NCBI GenBank assembly: GCA_027624865.1
Contig: JAQBTT010000001.1
Coordinates: 1 to 53,777, forward strand
Reading direction: 5' to 3'
From: a bacterium
Lineage (GTDB): Bacteria; Patescibacteriota; Minisyncoccia; Minisyncoccales; UBA10102
Length of the DNA: 53,777 bases
Part shown: in pieces, positions 8,190 through 15,919 of the stretch
How the letters are laid out: each line of letters opens with the position of its first letter
Numbering within the stretch: the first letter of the stretch is position 1
Notes under the pieces: generated by a model
What the model saw: only the letters and a program-made list of their open reading frames with translations
Databases searched by the model: none
Told to the model about the DNA's origin: nothing
Translations under genes and position numbers: made by a program

Positions 8190-9053
8190 ATGGAAAAAGT
8201 AACCAAAGATATTTTGCGTAATGTATATCCTCCCAGGCCAGAGGAGGTAAAAAAGTACGACTATGGGCTTGTATTAATTATTGGAGGAGGTGAGTTTTAC
8301 ACTGGAGCTCCTGCGCTGTCTGGCTTGGCGGCTTTTCGAGCAGGGGCTGATATGGTTCGCATTATCGCCCCCAAAAGGGCAGCTGACATTATTGCATCTT
8401 TTACCCCTGTATTAGCAGCACTTCCATTAGATAATACACATTTGTTAAAAGAACATTTAGCAATATTAATCGCAAGAGCTGAGGCAGCAAAGGAGGTTAC
8501 TCACGGCAAAGCAGCAGTGGTTATTGGAGGAGGATTGGGGAGAACTCAGGAGACACAAGAAACAGTGCTGGAGTTTTTGCGTCAAACTTCCCTCCCTGTT
8601 GTTATTGACGCTGACGCTCTGCATGCGGTGGCAAAAGACCCCACGGTTTTGGCAGGAAAACCTTTTGTGATTACTCCTAATACCTTTGAGTTTCAGATGG
8701 TTACGGGCAAAGAAGTGAGAGCTCTCACAGAAGAGGAAAGAGTTCCTGTGGTAGAAGCTGAAGCGTTAAGATTACAGACTACTATTTTACTTAAGGTAAA
8801 GACTGATATTATCTCAAATGGCAAAGAAACTCTGCTCAATGAAACTGGTTCACCCTATTTGAGTATTGGTGGGACAGGGGATACCTTGGCTGGTATTGTA
8901 GGTGCTCTGCTTGCGCGGGGAGGTTCTCCTGTAAAAGCCGCAGCCGCGGCCGCCTACATAAATGGCAAGGCAGGTGAAATTGCAGCAAAGGATAAAAAGG
9001 AGGCTCTTATTGCTACGGACCTTATTGATGCTATTTTTCAAGTTATTCAATAG
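8190..9053 (+). CDS. nnrD: ADP-dependent NAD(P)H-hydrate dehydratase (YjeF C-terminal domain type)
   Basis: 287 aa with GGGEFYTGAPALSGLAAFRAGADMV and GGTGDTLAGIVGALLA motifs. Confidence 0.8.
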   Translation: MEKVTKDILRNVYPPRPEEVKKYDYGLVLIIGGGEFYTGAPALSGLAAFRAGADMVRIIAPKRAADIIASFTPVLAALPLDNTHLLKEHLAILIARAEAAKEVTHGKAAVVIGGGLGRTQETQETVLEFLRQTSLPVVIDADALHAVAKDPTVLAGKPFVITPNTFEFQMVTGKEVRALTEEERVPVVEAEALRLQTTILLKVKTDIISNGKETLLNETGSPYLSIGGTGDTLAGIVGALLARGGSPVKAAAAAAYINGKAGEIAAKDKKEALIATDLIDAIFQVIQ

Positions 9054-9057
9054 TTTT

Positions 9058-9240
9058 ATGAAGGACAAGAAATCAGCCCAAGAAATACAAGATGATATAT
9101 TCCGCAACATGTCTGCGGATGAAAAAATGAAGCTAGGCGCTGACCTGTGGAAACTTGGGCGTGCGCTTAACCCAAACAATGCAAACTATGGAAGAAATAG
9201 ATCCAAGGAAACTTCTCATCAAAGTAGTCCAGATTCTTGA
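9058..9240 (+). CDS. Small hypothetical ORF overlapping the next gene. It may be the frameshifted N-terminus of that gene.
   Basis: The ATG at 9058 gives 60 aa. The C-terminal third is low-complexity and overlaps 9155-9240 in another frame. Confidence 0.3.
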   Translation: MKDKKSAQEIQDDIFRNMSADEKMKLGADLWKLGRALNPNNANYGRNRSKETSHQSSPDS

Positions 9241-9754
9241 ACGGCTCAACATCCCGTACATCATTACAGGAGGGATGGCAGTTTTTGTATGGGGCAGACC
9301 ACGCTATACCGCAGATATCGATATGGTTGTTGAAATGCAAGCAGAAAAAGTTGAAGACCTTGCAGAAGAACTCATGAAGCTGGGAGAAACAGGGTATGTG
9401 GATACAGAAGCGATCAGAGAGGCCCTGAAAACGGAAGGTGAGTTTAACTTCGTTGATGGCACAACTGGAATGAAAGTGGATTTTTGGATTCTGAAAAAAG
9501 AACCTTTTGACCAATCTCGCCTCCAGAGAAGAGTGGCAAAAGAGGTTTTAGGGGAACAGGTGTACTTTAGTTCTCCTGAAGACCTTATCTTAATGAAGCT
9601 TCTCTGGGCGAGAGATTCTGTCTCAACGCGGCAACTTGAAGACGTTGAATCTGTCTTGGCTATCTCAAAAGGAGAGATTGATATGGGCTATCTTACTCAA
9701 TGGGCAAAGGAGCTTGGCGTTCAAGATATTTTACATAAACTCCTTAAGAGTTGA
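9179..9754 (+). CDS. Minimal nucleotidyltransferase-fold protein (AbiEii/MNT-like superfamily)
   Basis: ITGGMAVFVWGRPRYTADIDMVV matches the hG[GS]-x(9-13)-DxD NTase signature. The C-terminal SPEDLILMKLLWARD..DVESVL segment is typical of this superfamily. Confidence 0.6.
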   Translation: MQTMEEIDPRKLLIKVVQILERLNIPYIITGGMAVFVWGRPRYTADIDMVVEMQAEKVEDLAEELMKLGETGYVDTEAIREALKTEGEFNFVDGTTGMKVDFWILKKEPFDQSRLQRRVAKEVLGEQVYFSSPEDLILMKLLWARDSVSTRQLEDVESVLAISKGEIDMGYLTQWAKELGVQDILHKLLKS

Positions 9755-9785
9755 ATACTCCTTTTGGTGTGGTAAGATAGAGAAT

Positions 9786-10775
9786 ATGACAAAGGTAGCA
9801 ATTAATGGGTTTGGACGTATTGGGCGACTTTTTTTTCGTCAGGCGCAAGAGGTAGGTGATTTTCAAATTGTCGCTATTAATGACTTGGGAGACCTGGACG
9901 ATCTGTCATATCTTTTAAAGTACGATAGTGTATATGGAACGTTTGAAAAGGGTTTGAAAGGAGTTGAAATTTTTCAAGAGAAAGATCCCGTAAAACTTCC
10001 ATGGAAAAAGCTTGGGGTGGATATTGTGGTGGAGGCAACCGGGGTATTTGATTCCTTCAAAAAGGCAAAGGTACATTTGGAAGCTGGAGCAAGGCGCGTT
10101 GTGATTACAGCCCCTGCAAAGGATAGCGATGGGGAAAATGGAAGAACAGTGCTCTCTGGGGTAAATGAAAAGGATATGGGGCTGTGCACTATTAGTTCAA
10201 ATGGTTCTTGCACAACCAACGCAGCATCTCCAGTGATTCAAGTGTTGTCTGAAAGTCCAGGGATTGTAAAAGCAGTGCTCAATACTACACATGGATATAC
10301 TGCAACGCAAAGTTTGGTAGATGGGCCAAGCCATGGGTCTGATCCTCGTCGAGGGAGAGCGGCAGCGCAAAACATTATTCCATCAACCACTGGAGCTGCT
10401 ACTGCTGTGGCGCGAGCAATCCCAGCGCTTAAGGGTAAATTTGATGGTATTGCTCTTCGAGTTCCTGTAGTAGCAGGAAGCATTGCAGACATTACCTTTA
10501 TTGCAAAGAGGAAAACTAGCGTAGAGGAGATAAATAGCATTTTAGCAAAAGCCGCAAGTTCTGCGCAGTGGAAAGGTATTTTGAAGGTGACAGAAGAGCC
10601 AGTAGTTTCCTCTGATATTTTGAAAAGTCCATATGGAGCCATTGTGGATTTAAGCTTTACGAAAGTGGTAGATGGAGACTTAGTAAAGGTATTGTCTTGG
10701 TACGATAATGAATGGGGATATGTTACAACTCTTGTGAGGCATGTGAAGGTCGCAGCTAGAACAATTAACAATTAA
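9786..10775 (+). CDS. gap: Glyceraldehyde-3-phosphate dehydrogenase, type I
   Basis: MTKVAINGFGRIGR start, SCTTN active site and WYDNEWGY. The start was trimmed from ORF 9636 to ATG 9786. Confidence 0.9.
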   Translation: MTKVAINGFGRIGRLFFRQAQEVGDFQIVAINDLGDLDDLSYLLKYDSVYGTFEKGLKGVEIFQEKDPVKLPWKKLGVDIVVEATGVFDSFKKAKVHLEAGARRVVITAPAKDSDGENGRTVLSGVNEKDMGLCTISSNGSCTTNAASPVIQVLSESPGIVKAVLNTTHGYTATQSLVDGPSHGSDPRRGRAAAQNIIPSTTGAATAVARAIPALKGKFDGIALRVPVVAGSIADITFIAKRKTSVEEINSILAKAASSAQWKGILKVTEEPVVSSDILKSPYGAIVDLSFTKVVDGDLVKVLSWYDNEWGYVTTLVRHVKVAARTINN

Positions 10776-10784
10776 CAATTGACA

Positions 10785-11270
10785 ATGGAAGTTAAAGTAT
10801 TCGTAGAAATTCCAAAAGGCTCAAAGAATAAGTATGAGCGAGACGAGAAAACCGGGGAGATTACGCTGGACCGCACGCTGTATGGGACAGAAACATTTCC
10901 TTTTGATTACGGGTTTGCGCAAGGAACAATGGGTCAAGATAAAGATCCATTGGATGTTGCACTGCTCGTAACCAACCCTACCTTTCCTGGTTGTGTGGTG
11001 CGTGCAGAGGTTATTGGGTATCTTGAGCTGGAGGATGAAGCTGGCATTGATCACAAGATTTTGGCAGTGCCTATAGCAAAGGTGGACCATAGGTTTGCTG
11101 ATGTAAAAGATGTTTCTGATCTGCCAGACCATATCAAAAAAGAGATTAAGAATTTCTTTGAAACCTACAAGTTGTTGGAGCCAGAAAAATGGGTAAAGGC
11201 CGGGGATTTTAAATCCAAGAAGGAAGCAGAAAAGCTTGTGGAAGAAGCAACAGCGCGGCATGCAAAGTGA
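10785..11270 (+). CDS. ppa: Inorganic pyrophosphatase (family I)
   Basis: EIPKGSKNKYE..DPLDV..D.K family I PPase motifs. ATG 10785 was preferred over TTG 10779. Confidence 0.85.
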   Translation: MEVKVFVEIPKGSKNKYERDEKTGEITLDRTLYGTETFPFDYGFAQGTMGQDKDPLDVALLVTNPTFPGCVVRAEVIGYLELEDEAGIDHKILAVPIAKVDHRFADVKDVSDLPDHIKKEIKNFFETYKLLEPEKWVKAGDFKSKKEAEKLVEEATARHAK

Positions 11271-12315
11271 AGTTTTACAATACGTGTTTTTAAACAATAC
11301 GCTTGAGGCTTATGCGACCGCCATGGGAGCTGTGCTTGCAGTATGGTTTGGTTTGTGGTTGTTTCGCGTCTTGGTGGTACGGCAGATGCGAAAGATTGCA
11401 TCTCGCACCAAAACGGATATTGACGACCTTGTTGTTGAGATTTTGCGTTCCTTTAACTTCTCTTTCTACCTGCTCTTGGCAGTGGGGACTGGAGCCCAGT
11501 TCATCGCGTGGCCCGCCTTTGTGAGCACGGTTGGCTTTTGGCTTGCCCTTGCCATTCTTGTGTATGCTGGCATTCGGGCCGTAACTAGGATTGTTGACTA
11601 CTTCTTTTTGCGGATCATAAAAACGCGCTTGACCGAGGAGGCCGATTTTGACCCTTCCATGGTCAAGTTGCTGGGCAAGGCCATGAAACTTGTAGTTTGG
11701 GTGGTTGCCTTTCTGCTTGTCGCCCAGAACCTAGGATACGATATCACGGCCCTGGTGGCGGGCCTTGGTATTGGAGGTATTGCCATTGCCTTTGCTCTGC
11801 AGAACATTCTTTCTGACATCTTTTCATCTTTTTCCTTGTATTTTGATAAACCATTTTCTACGGGAGATTTCATTGTTGTGGGAAATGATATGGGGACAGT
11901 AAAGCATATTGGGATAAAGTCTACGCGCCTTACAACTTTGCAAGGACAAGAGCTTGTTATTTCAAATAAGGATTTAACTGGGTCTCGCGTAAATAACTAC
12001 CGGAAACTGGAAAAGAGAAGAGTGGTGTTTTCCTTTGGAGTAACGTATGAAACTTCAGGGGAGAAACTTCGCAAGATTCCTTTGGTTGTAAGCAAGATAC
12101 TTAAAGAAATAGAGTTGGCAGATTTAGATAGGGTGCATTTTAAAGAGTTTGGAGATTTTTCCTTAAACTACGAGGTGGTGTATCATGCCAATACCACGCA
12201 GTACAATGAGTACATGGATATGCAGCAAGAGATAAATTTTCAAATAAAGGAGAGATTGGAAAAAGAAGGCATTGCATTTGCCTACCCTACGCAGGTGGTG
12301 TACCTCAAAAAATAA
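11260..12315 (+). CDS. Mechanosensitive channel, MscS family
   Basis: N-terminal TM helices followed by the conserved MscS beta domain (GDFIVVGNDMGTVKHIGIKSTRLTTLQGQELVISN). Confidence 0.8.
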   Translation: MQSEVLQYVFLNNTLEAYATAMGAVLAVWFGLWLFRVLVVRQMRKIASRTKTDIDDLVVEILRSFNFSFYLLLAVGTGAQFIAWPAFVSTVGFWLALAILVYAGIRAVTRIVDYFFLRIIKTRLTEEADFDPSMVKLLGKAMKLVVWVVAFLLVAQNLGYDITALVAGLGIGGIAIAFALQNILSDIFSSFSLYFDKPFSTGDFIVVGNDMGTVKHIGIKSTRLTTLQGQELVISNKDLTGSRVNNYRKLEKRRVVFSFGVTYETSGEKLRKIPLVVSKILKEIELADLDRVHFKEFGDFSLNYEVVYHANTTQYNEYMDMQQEINFQIKERLEKEGIAFAYPTQVVYLKK

Positions 12316-12400
12316 ACCCCTTTCTTTGTTCAATGGAGTATATGCTTGTACTCTTGCATGTATCTTGTAATCTACGTAATCTAATAATCTAAAACTTGCA

Positions 12401-12434
12401 CAAAACTACAATACTATATAGTATTGTAGTTTTG
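12401..12434. repeat. Perfect 34-bp palindrome
   Basis: caaaactacaatactat|atagtattgtagttttg is its own reverse complement. It lies 6 nt upstream of a consensus -35. Confidence 0.9.
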
Positions 12435-12440
12435 GTGCGC

Positions 12441-12470
12441 TTGACATTTTCTTGAAAGATGGTATATAAT
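12441..12470 (+). promoter_or_regulatory. Near-consensus sigma70 promoter
   Basis: TTGACA (12441-12446), 18-nt spacer, TATAAT (12465-12470). Confidence 0.6.
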
Positions 12471-12471
12471 A

Positions 12472-12502
12472 TTGTAGAATCTAGGGTTTGTAGAATCTAG
12501 GG
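12472..12502 (+). promoter_or_regulatory. Tandem direct repeat (2 x ttgtagaatctaggg, 16-nt period) immediately downstream of the -10. Operator-like.
   Basis: Exact 15-nt unit at 12472-12486 and again at 12488-12502. Confidence 0.5.
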
Positions 12503-12539
12503 CCTACATTATATCCTGAAGCAGGACATTTGGATCACA

Positions 12540-12818
12540 ATGAGAGTGGAGGAAATTATGCAAGAGATTTGGAGGAAAGTGGCAGCCAGCAACATCCAGC
12601 GGGTTCTTGACGCGGAAGGGCATGAAGTCTATTCCGAGAAAGACGCGAAGGAGCATTTGATCCAGGAGCGGCTCGACGAGATTTCGGAAGAGCTGCGGAT
12701 GGCTCGCGAGGTGGAGGCAGATTGCCTTTGCGAATTGTTCAGAGAACGCGAACTTAGAAGAGCTCGTCAACATATAGGTGAGCTCGAAGCCGAGAGGGCG
12801 GAGCTGGAAGGTCAGTAG
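12540..12818 (+). CDS. Hypothetical 92-aa charged, coiled-coil-like protein
   Basis: The ORF sits between a consensus promoter and a clean terminator. The protein is Glu/Arg-rich and helical, with no recognisable family. The locus is locally more GC-rich than its neighbours. Confidence 0.5.
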   Translation: MRVEEIMQEIWRKVAASNIQRVLDAEGHEVYSEKDAKEHLIQERLDEISEELRMAREVEADCLCELFRERELRRARQHIGELEAERAELEGQ

Positions 12819-12846
12819 GTCAAAAAAGCTCAACAAGCTCGGCTCA

Positions 12847-12883
12847 CCCCAATGAAAATGGATAATCATTGGGGTTTTGTTTT
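12847..12883 (+). terminator. Rho-independent terminator
   Basis: ccccaatga...tcattgggg stem followed by ttttgtttt. Confidence 0.7.
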
Positions 12884-12910
12884 GAGGGAGTTTTGGCGTA
12901 TACTAAAACT

Positions 12911-13780
12911 ATGGCAAAGAAAGATTTACGTTATTATTATGCAAAGGCAAGGAAAGAAGGGTTTGCTCTTGTGCAGTTTAATTTCTGCACGGCAGAGCAA
13001 TTGCAAGGTATTGTACGAGCCGGGGTGAAGCATAATGCTCCACTGCTTGTGGGAACATCAGAAGGGGATAGTAAGTTTTTGGGGAAAGCGCAAGCAGTCG
13101 CTTTAGTTGAGTCATATCGCAAGGAAACAAAGCTTCCTATCTTTTTAAACTTTGATCATGGAAAATCCTTTGCTTCAGTAAAGGAGGCTATTGAGGCAGG
13201 GTATGATGCTGTGCATTTTGATGGTTCCGCATATCCTTTTAAGGAAAATATTGCTATCACAAAAAAGATAGTAGCATTGGCAAGAAAGAAAGGTGTTTCA
13301 GTTGTAGAAGGAGAGTTTATGGAGATTCCAGGGAAACACTCAATGGTGCATAGCGGGGAAGCTCCAATATTTAGTGAGGATTCTTTTACTGATCCTGCAG
13401 AAGCAAAGGAATTTGCGGGAAAAACCGGGGTAGATGCCCTAGCTGTACTTATTGGAACAGTGCATGGCGTGTATAAAGAGAACCCTCGACTTGATATAAG
13501 GCAGTTGCAAGAGATTAAAAAGCGTGGTATATGTTTTATGGTACTGCATGGAGGCTCTGGTACCAAAAAACGTGATTTGCTTTCTGCAGTAAAGACCGGA
13601 GTGGTGAAGGTGAATATCTCAACTGAATTAAGGGTAGCATTTACCAAAACGCTTCGTGAAACTATAGAAAAGTACCCAAAAGAGATTACTCCGTATAAAA
13701 TTTTGCCTCCAAGTATCCTTGCAGTAGAGAAGGTAGCAGAGGAGCATATTTTGTTTCTGGGCTCAGCAAATAAAGTATAA
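12911..13780 (+). CDS. fba: Class II fructose-bisphosphate aldolase
   Basis: NFDHGKS, VHFDGS and LHGGSG motifs. TATACT (12899-12904) lies 6 nt before the ATG. Confidence 0.85.
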   Translation: MAKKDLRYYYAKARKEGFALVQFNFCTAEQLQGIVRAGVKHNAPLLVGTSEGDSKFLGKAQAVALVESYRKETKLPIFLNFDHGKSFASVKEAIEAGYDAVHFDGSAYPFKENIAITKKIVALARKKGVSVVEGEFMEIPGKHSMVHSGEAPIFSEDSFTDPAEAKEFAGKTGVDALAVLIGTVHGVYKENPRLDIRQLQEIKKRGICFMVLHGGSGTKKRDLLSAVKTGVVKVNISTELRVAFTKTLRETIEKYPKEITPYKILPPSILAVEKVAEEHILFLGSANKV

Positions 13781-13787
13781 AAATATA

Positions 13788-14453
13788 ATGATACAGCTTG
13801 CAGCGCAAAAAAGAGAAGTTACAGGAAAGAAGGTGGAAGCTCTTCGTAAAGAAGGTTTTATTCCAGCTGTTCTGTATGGACCAGGATCTGATCCTGTTGT
13901 TTTATCAGTTGCAAAAAAAGAGTTTGATGTAGCATATAAAGAGGTAGGAGAAAGCTCACTTATTTCTCTTGGCGTAGCAAAAGAGAATAAGTTGGTGCTT
14001 ATCCGTGGGGTACAGCATCATCCTCTCTCAGACTTTGCTATCCATATTGATTTCTATCAGCCAAAACTAGACGAGAAGATTAAAATTATGGTTCCTGTGC
14101 ATTTGGATGGAGAGGCTGATGCGGTAAAGAGTTTTGAAGGTACATTAATTCAAAATATACATGAAGTTGAAGTATCTGCTTTGCCGCAAGACCTTCCTTC
14201 AGAAATCACAGTGGACGTTTCAGTGCTAAAAACTCTGGAAGATAGAATTTTAGTTTCAGATTTACCAGTACACGCAAAGGTAGAAATTCTATCTGACCCT
14301 GAGTGGATTGTAGCTCAGGTAGTACATGAAGAGATTGTGGAGGAGGTCGCAAGTCCTGCGGAGGATGAAGCTGCTGCTGTTGCGGCCATAGAGAAGGTAG
14401 AGGGGAAGAAGAAAGAAGAAGGAGAAGCTCCAGCAGAAGAGCAAAAAAGCTAG
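13788..14453 (+). CDS. rplY: Ribosomal protein L25 / Ctc form
   Basis: The N-terminus R.VTGKK..LR.EG.IPAVLYG is typical of L25/Ctc. The C-terminal tail is acidic. Confidence 0.85.
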   Translation: MIQLAAQKREVTGKKVEALRKEGFIPAVLYGPGSDPVVLSVAKKEFDVAYKEVGESSLISLGVAKENKLVLIRGVQHHPLSDFAIHIDFYQPKLDEKIKIMVPVHLDGEADAVKSFEGTLIQNIHEVEVSALPQDLPSEITVDVSVLKTLEDRILVSDLPVHAKVEILSDPEWIVAQVVHEEIVEEVASPAEDEAAAVAAIEKVEGKKKEEGEAPAEEQKS

Positions 14454-14514
14454 TATGTAGTATGTAGTATTTAGTATTTAGCGAAACTCCTATATACTAA
14501 ATACTAGATACTCT
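14451..14514. repeat. Stuttered-word palindrome (agtatgt x2, agtattt x2 / aaatact x2)
   Basis: agtatttagtatttag (14467-14482) pairs with ctaaatactagatact (14497-14512) at 15/16 positions. Confidence 0.7.
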
Positions 14515-15867
14515 ATGACACGCATTTCGCGATTTCTCATTGTTGTGATAACCATTTTTGTTTTGGTATTCCCAGGGATTTTTGCGCAGGGCTTAACTCC
14601 CACAGAGGAACGGGAACAGCTGGAAGCTGAGCTCGCAACGCTGGAAGCGGAAATTGGGTCAATTGAAGGAGATATTACAAAGACTCAGCAGGAAAAGAAG
14701 ACTTTGCAAAATCAGATTTCCATACTAAAGAGTAAGATTCGCAAGGCTGATCTTCAGGTTGCCAAGAGTAACGCCCTTATCACTGATTTGCGAGGACAGA
14801 TTACCGATACTACTTTTTCCATTGGGAAAACCGAGGAAGATATTGGAGCAAAGAGAGGACAGTTAGCAGAGCTTTTGCAAAGATTACATCAGGAGGATCA
14901 AAGAACTATTGTGGAGATTATTTTAACCGGGCCTACGCTTTCTGATTTTTTCAATAACATAGCTGCATTGCAGTCTTTGCAGGATAAAAATAAGGATTTA
15001 CTTGACAGTACTATTGACCTTTCTTTGTATCTTAAAGGACAAAAAGGTAACTTGGAATCTGAAAAAAAGGATGAGGAGAACTTTGTGAAAATTCAAATAT
15101 TGCAAAAACAAGAGAGTCAGTATTTAACGAACCAGAATGAACAGCTTTTGAATGTAACAAAAGGGAAGGAATCTGAGTACCAAAAACTGCTAGTAAATCG
15201 CCAACAGCAAGCGCAAGAGATTCGTTCTCGTATCTTTGATTTAATTGGAGTACCAGATGCCCCAACTTTTGGAGAGGCGGTTTTAATTGCAGAGGCAGTT
15301 TCCAAGTTAACTAATGTTCGTGCACCTTTTTTGCTTGCAGTACTTACGCAAGAATCCAACATTGGGAAGAACGTTGGTCAGTGCTATCTAAAGGACGTAA
15401 ACACCGGGAATGGGGAAACACTCAATGGGAGGTTTGTGTCTCGGGTTATGAAGCCAACGCGAGATGTTCAGCCGTTCTTGCAGATAACGCGTGAGCTTGG
15501 GAGAGACCCTTTTAATACTGCGGTATCTTGCCCTATTCCTTCTGTGGGGGGCTATGGAGGGGCTATGGGGCCTGCACAATTCATTCCCTCAACATGGATG
15601 GGGTACCAAGATAGAATTGCAAAATTAAAAGGGAGTCCTGCAGACCCTTGGAACATTAGTGATGCCTTTTTGGCTTCTGGTGTGTACCTTGGTGACTTGA
15701 AAGCAACCAGACAAACCTTTGAATATGAGTGGTGCGCTGCGGTATCATATTTCTCTGGGAATTGTTCCACCAAAAACCAGATACGATATGAGTTCTATGG
15801 AGATAATGTAATGGCAATTACCAAAAGATACGAGCAAGACATTAAAGCTCTTGAGAGTAGCAAGTAG
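14515..15867 (+). CDS. Secreted coiled-coil protein with a C-terminal lytic-transglycosylase-like domain
   Basis: Signal/TM N-terminus and a long heptad-rich region. The C-terminus carries LTQESNIG and GAMGPAQFIPSTW, which resemble the SLT/MltB catalytic region. Confidence 0.65.
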   Translation: MTRISRFLIVVITIFVLVFPGIFAQGLTPTEEREQLEAELATLEAEIGSIEGDITKTQQEKKTLQNQISILKSKIRKADLQVAKSNALITDLRGQITDTTFSIGKTEEDIGAKRGQLAELLQRLHQEDQRTIVEIILTGPTLSDFFNNIAALQSLQDKNKDLLDSTIDLSLYLKGQKGNLESEKKDEENFVKIQILQKQESQYLTNQNEQLLNVTKGKESEYQKLLVNRQQQAQEIRSRIFDLIGVPDAPTFGEAVLIAEAVSKLTNVRAPFLLAVLTQESNIGKNVGQCYLKDVNTGNGETLNGRFVSRVMKPTRDVQPFLQITRELGRDPFNTAVSCPIPSVGGYGGAMGPAQFIPSTWMGYQDRIAKLKGSPADPWNISDAFLASGVYLGDLKATRQTFEYEWCAAVSYFSGNCSTKNQIRYEFYGDNVMAITKRYEQDIKALESSK

Positions 15868-15871
15868 TGGG

Positions 15872-15919
15872 CATCCTAAGCTAAGCTTAGTTTTGCAAAA
15901 CTAAGCTTAGCTTAGGATG
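15872..15919. repeat. Perfect 48-bp palindrome at a convergent gene junction (likely a bidirectional terminator)
   Basis: catcctaagctaagcttagttttgcaaaactaagcttagcttaggatg is its own reverse complement. Its right arm encodes the prfA C-terminus. Confidence 0.9.

Noticed and set aside
9636-9785. A long N-terminal extension of gap in the ORF track. Similar extensions appear for fba (12869), tsf (17872), rpmE (17259), corA (49912), grpE (49883) and mreC (36313).
   Set aside because: The conserved protein N-termini start at internal ATGs. The extensions overlap upstream genes, terminators or promoters and are not conserved-looking.
10238-10771. A 177-aa minus-strand ORF. Similar antisense ORFs occur at 13156-13647, 17315-17821, 3605-4045 and 24307-24699.
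   Set aside because: Each is fully antisense to a well-supported + strand housekeeping gene (gap, fba, rpsB, EamA, flavoprotein). These are typical shadow ORFs.
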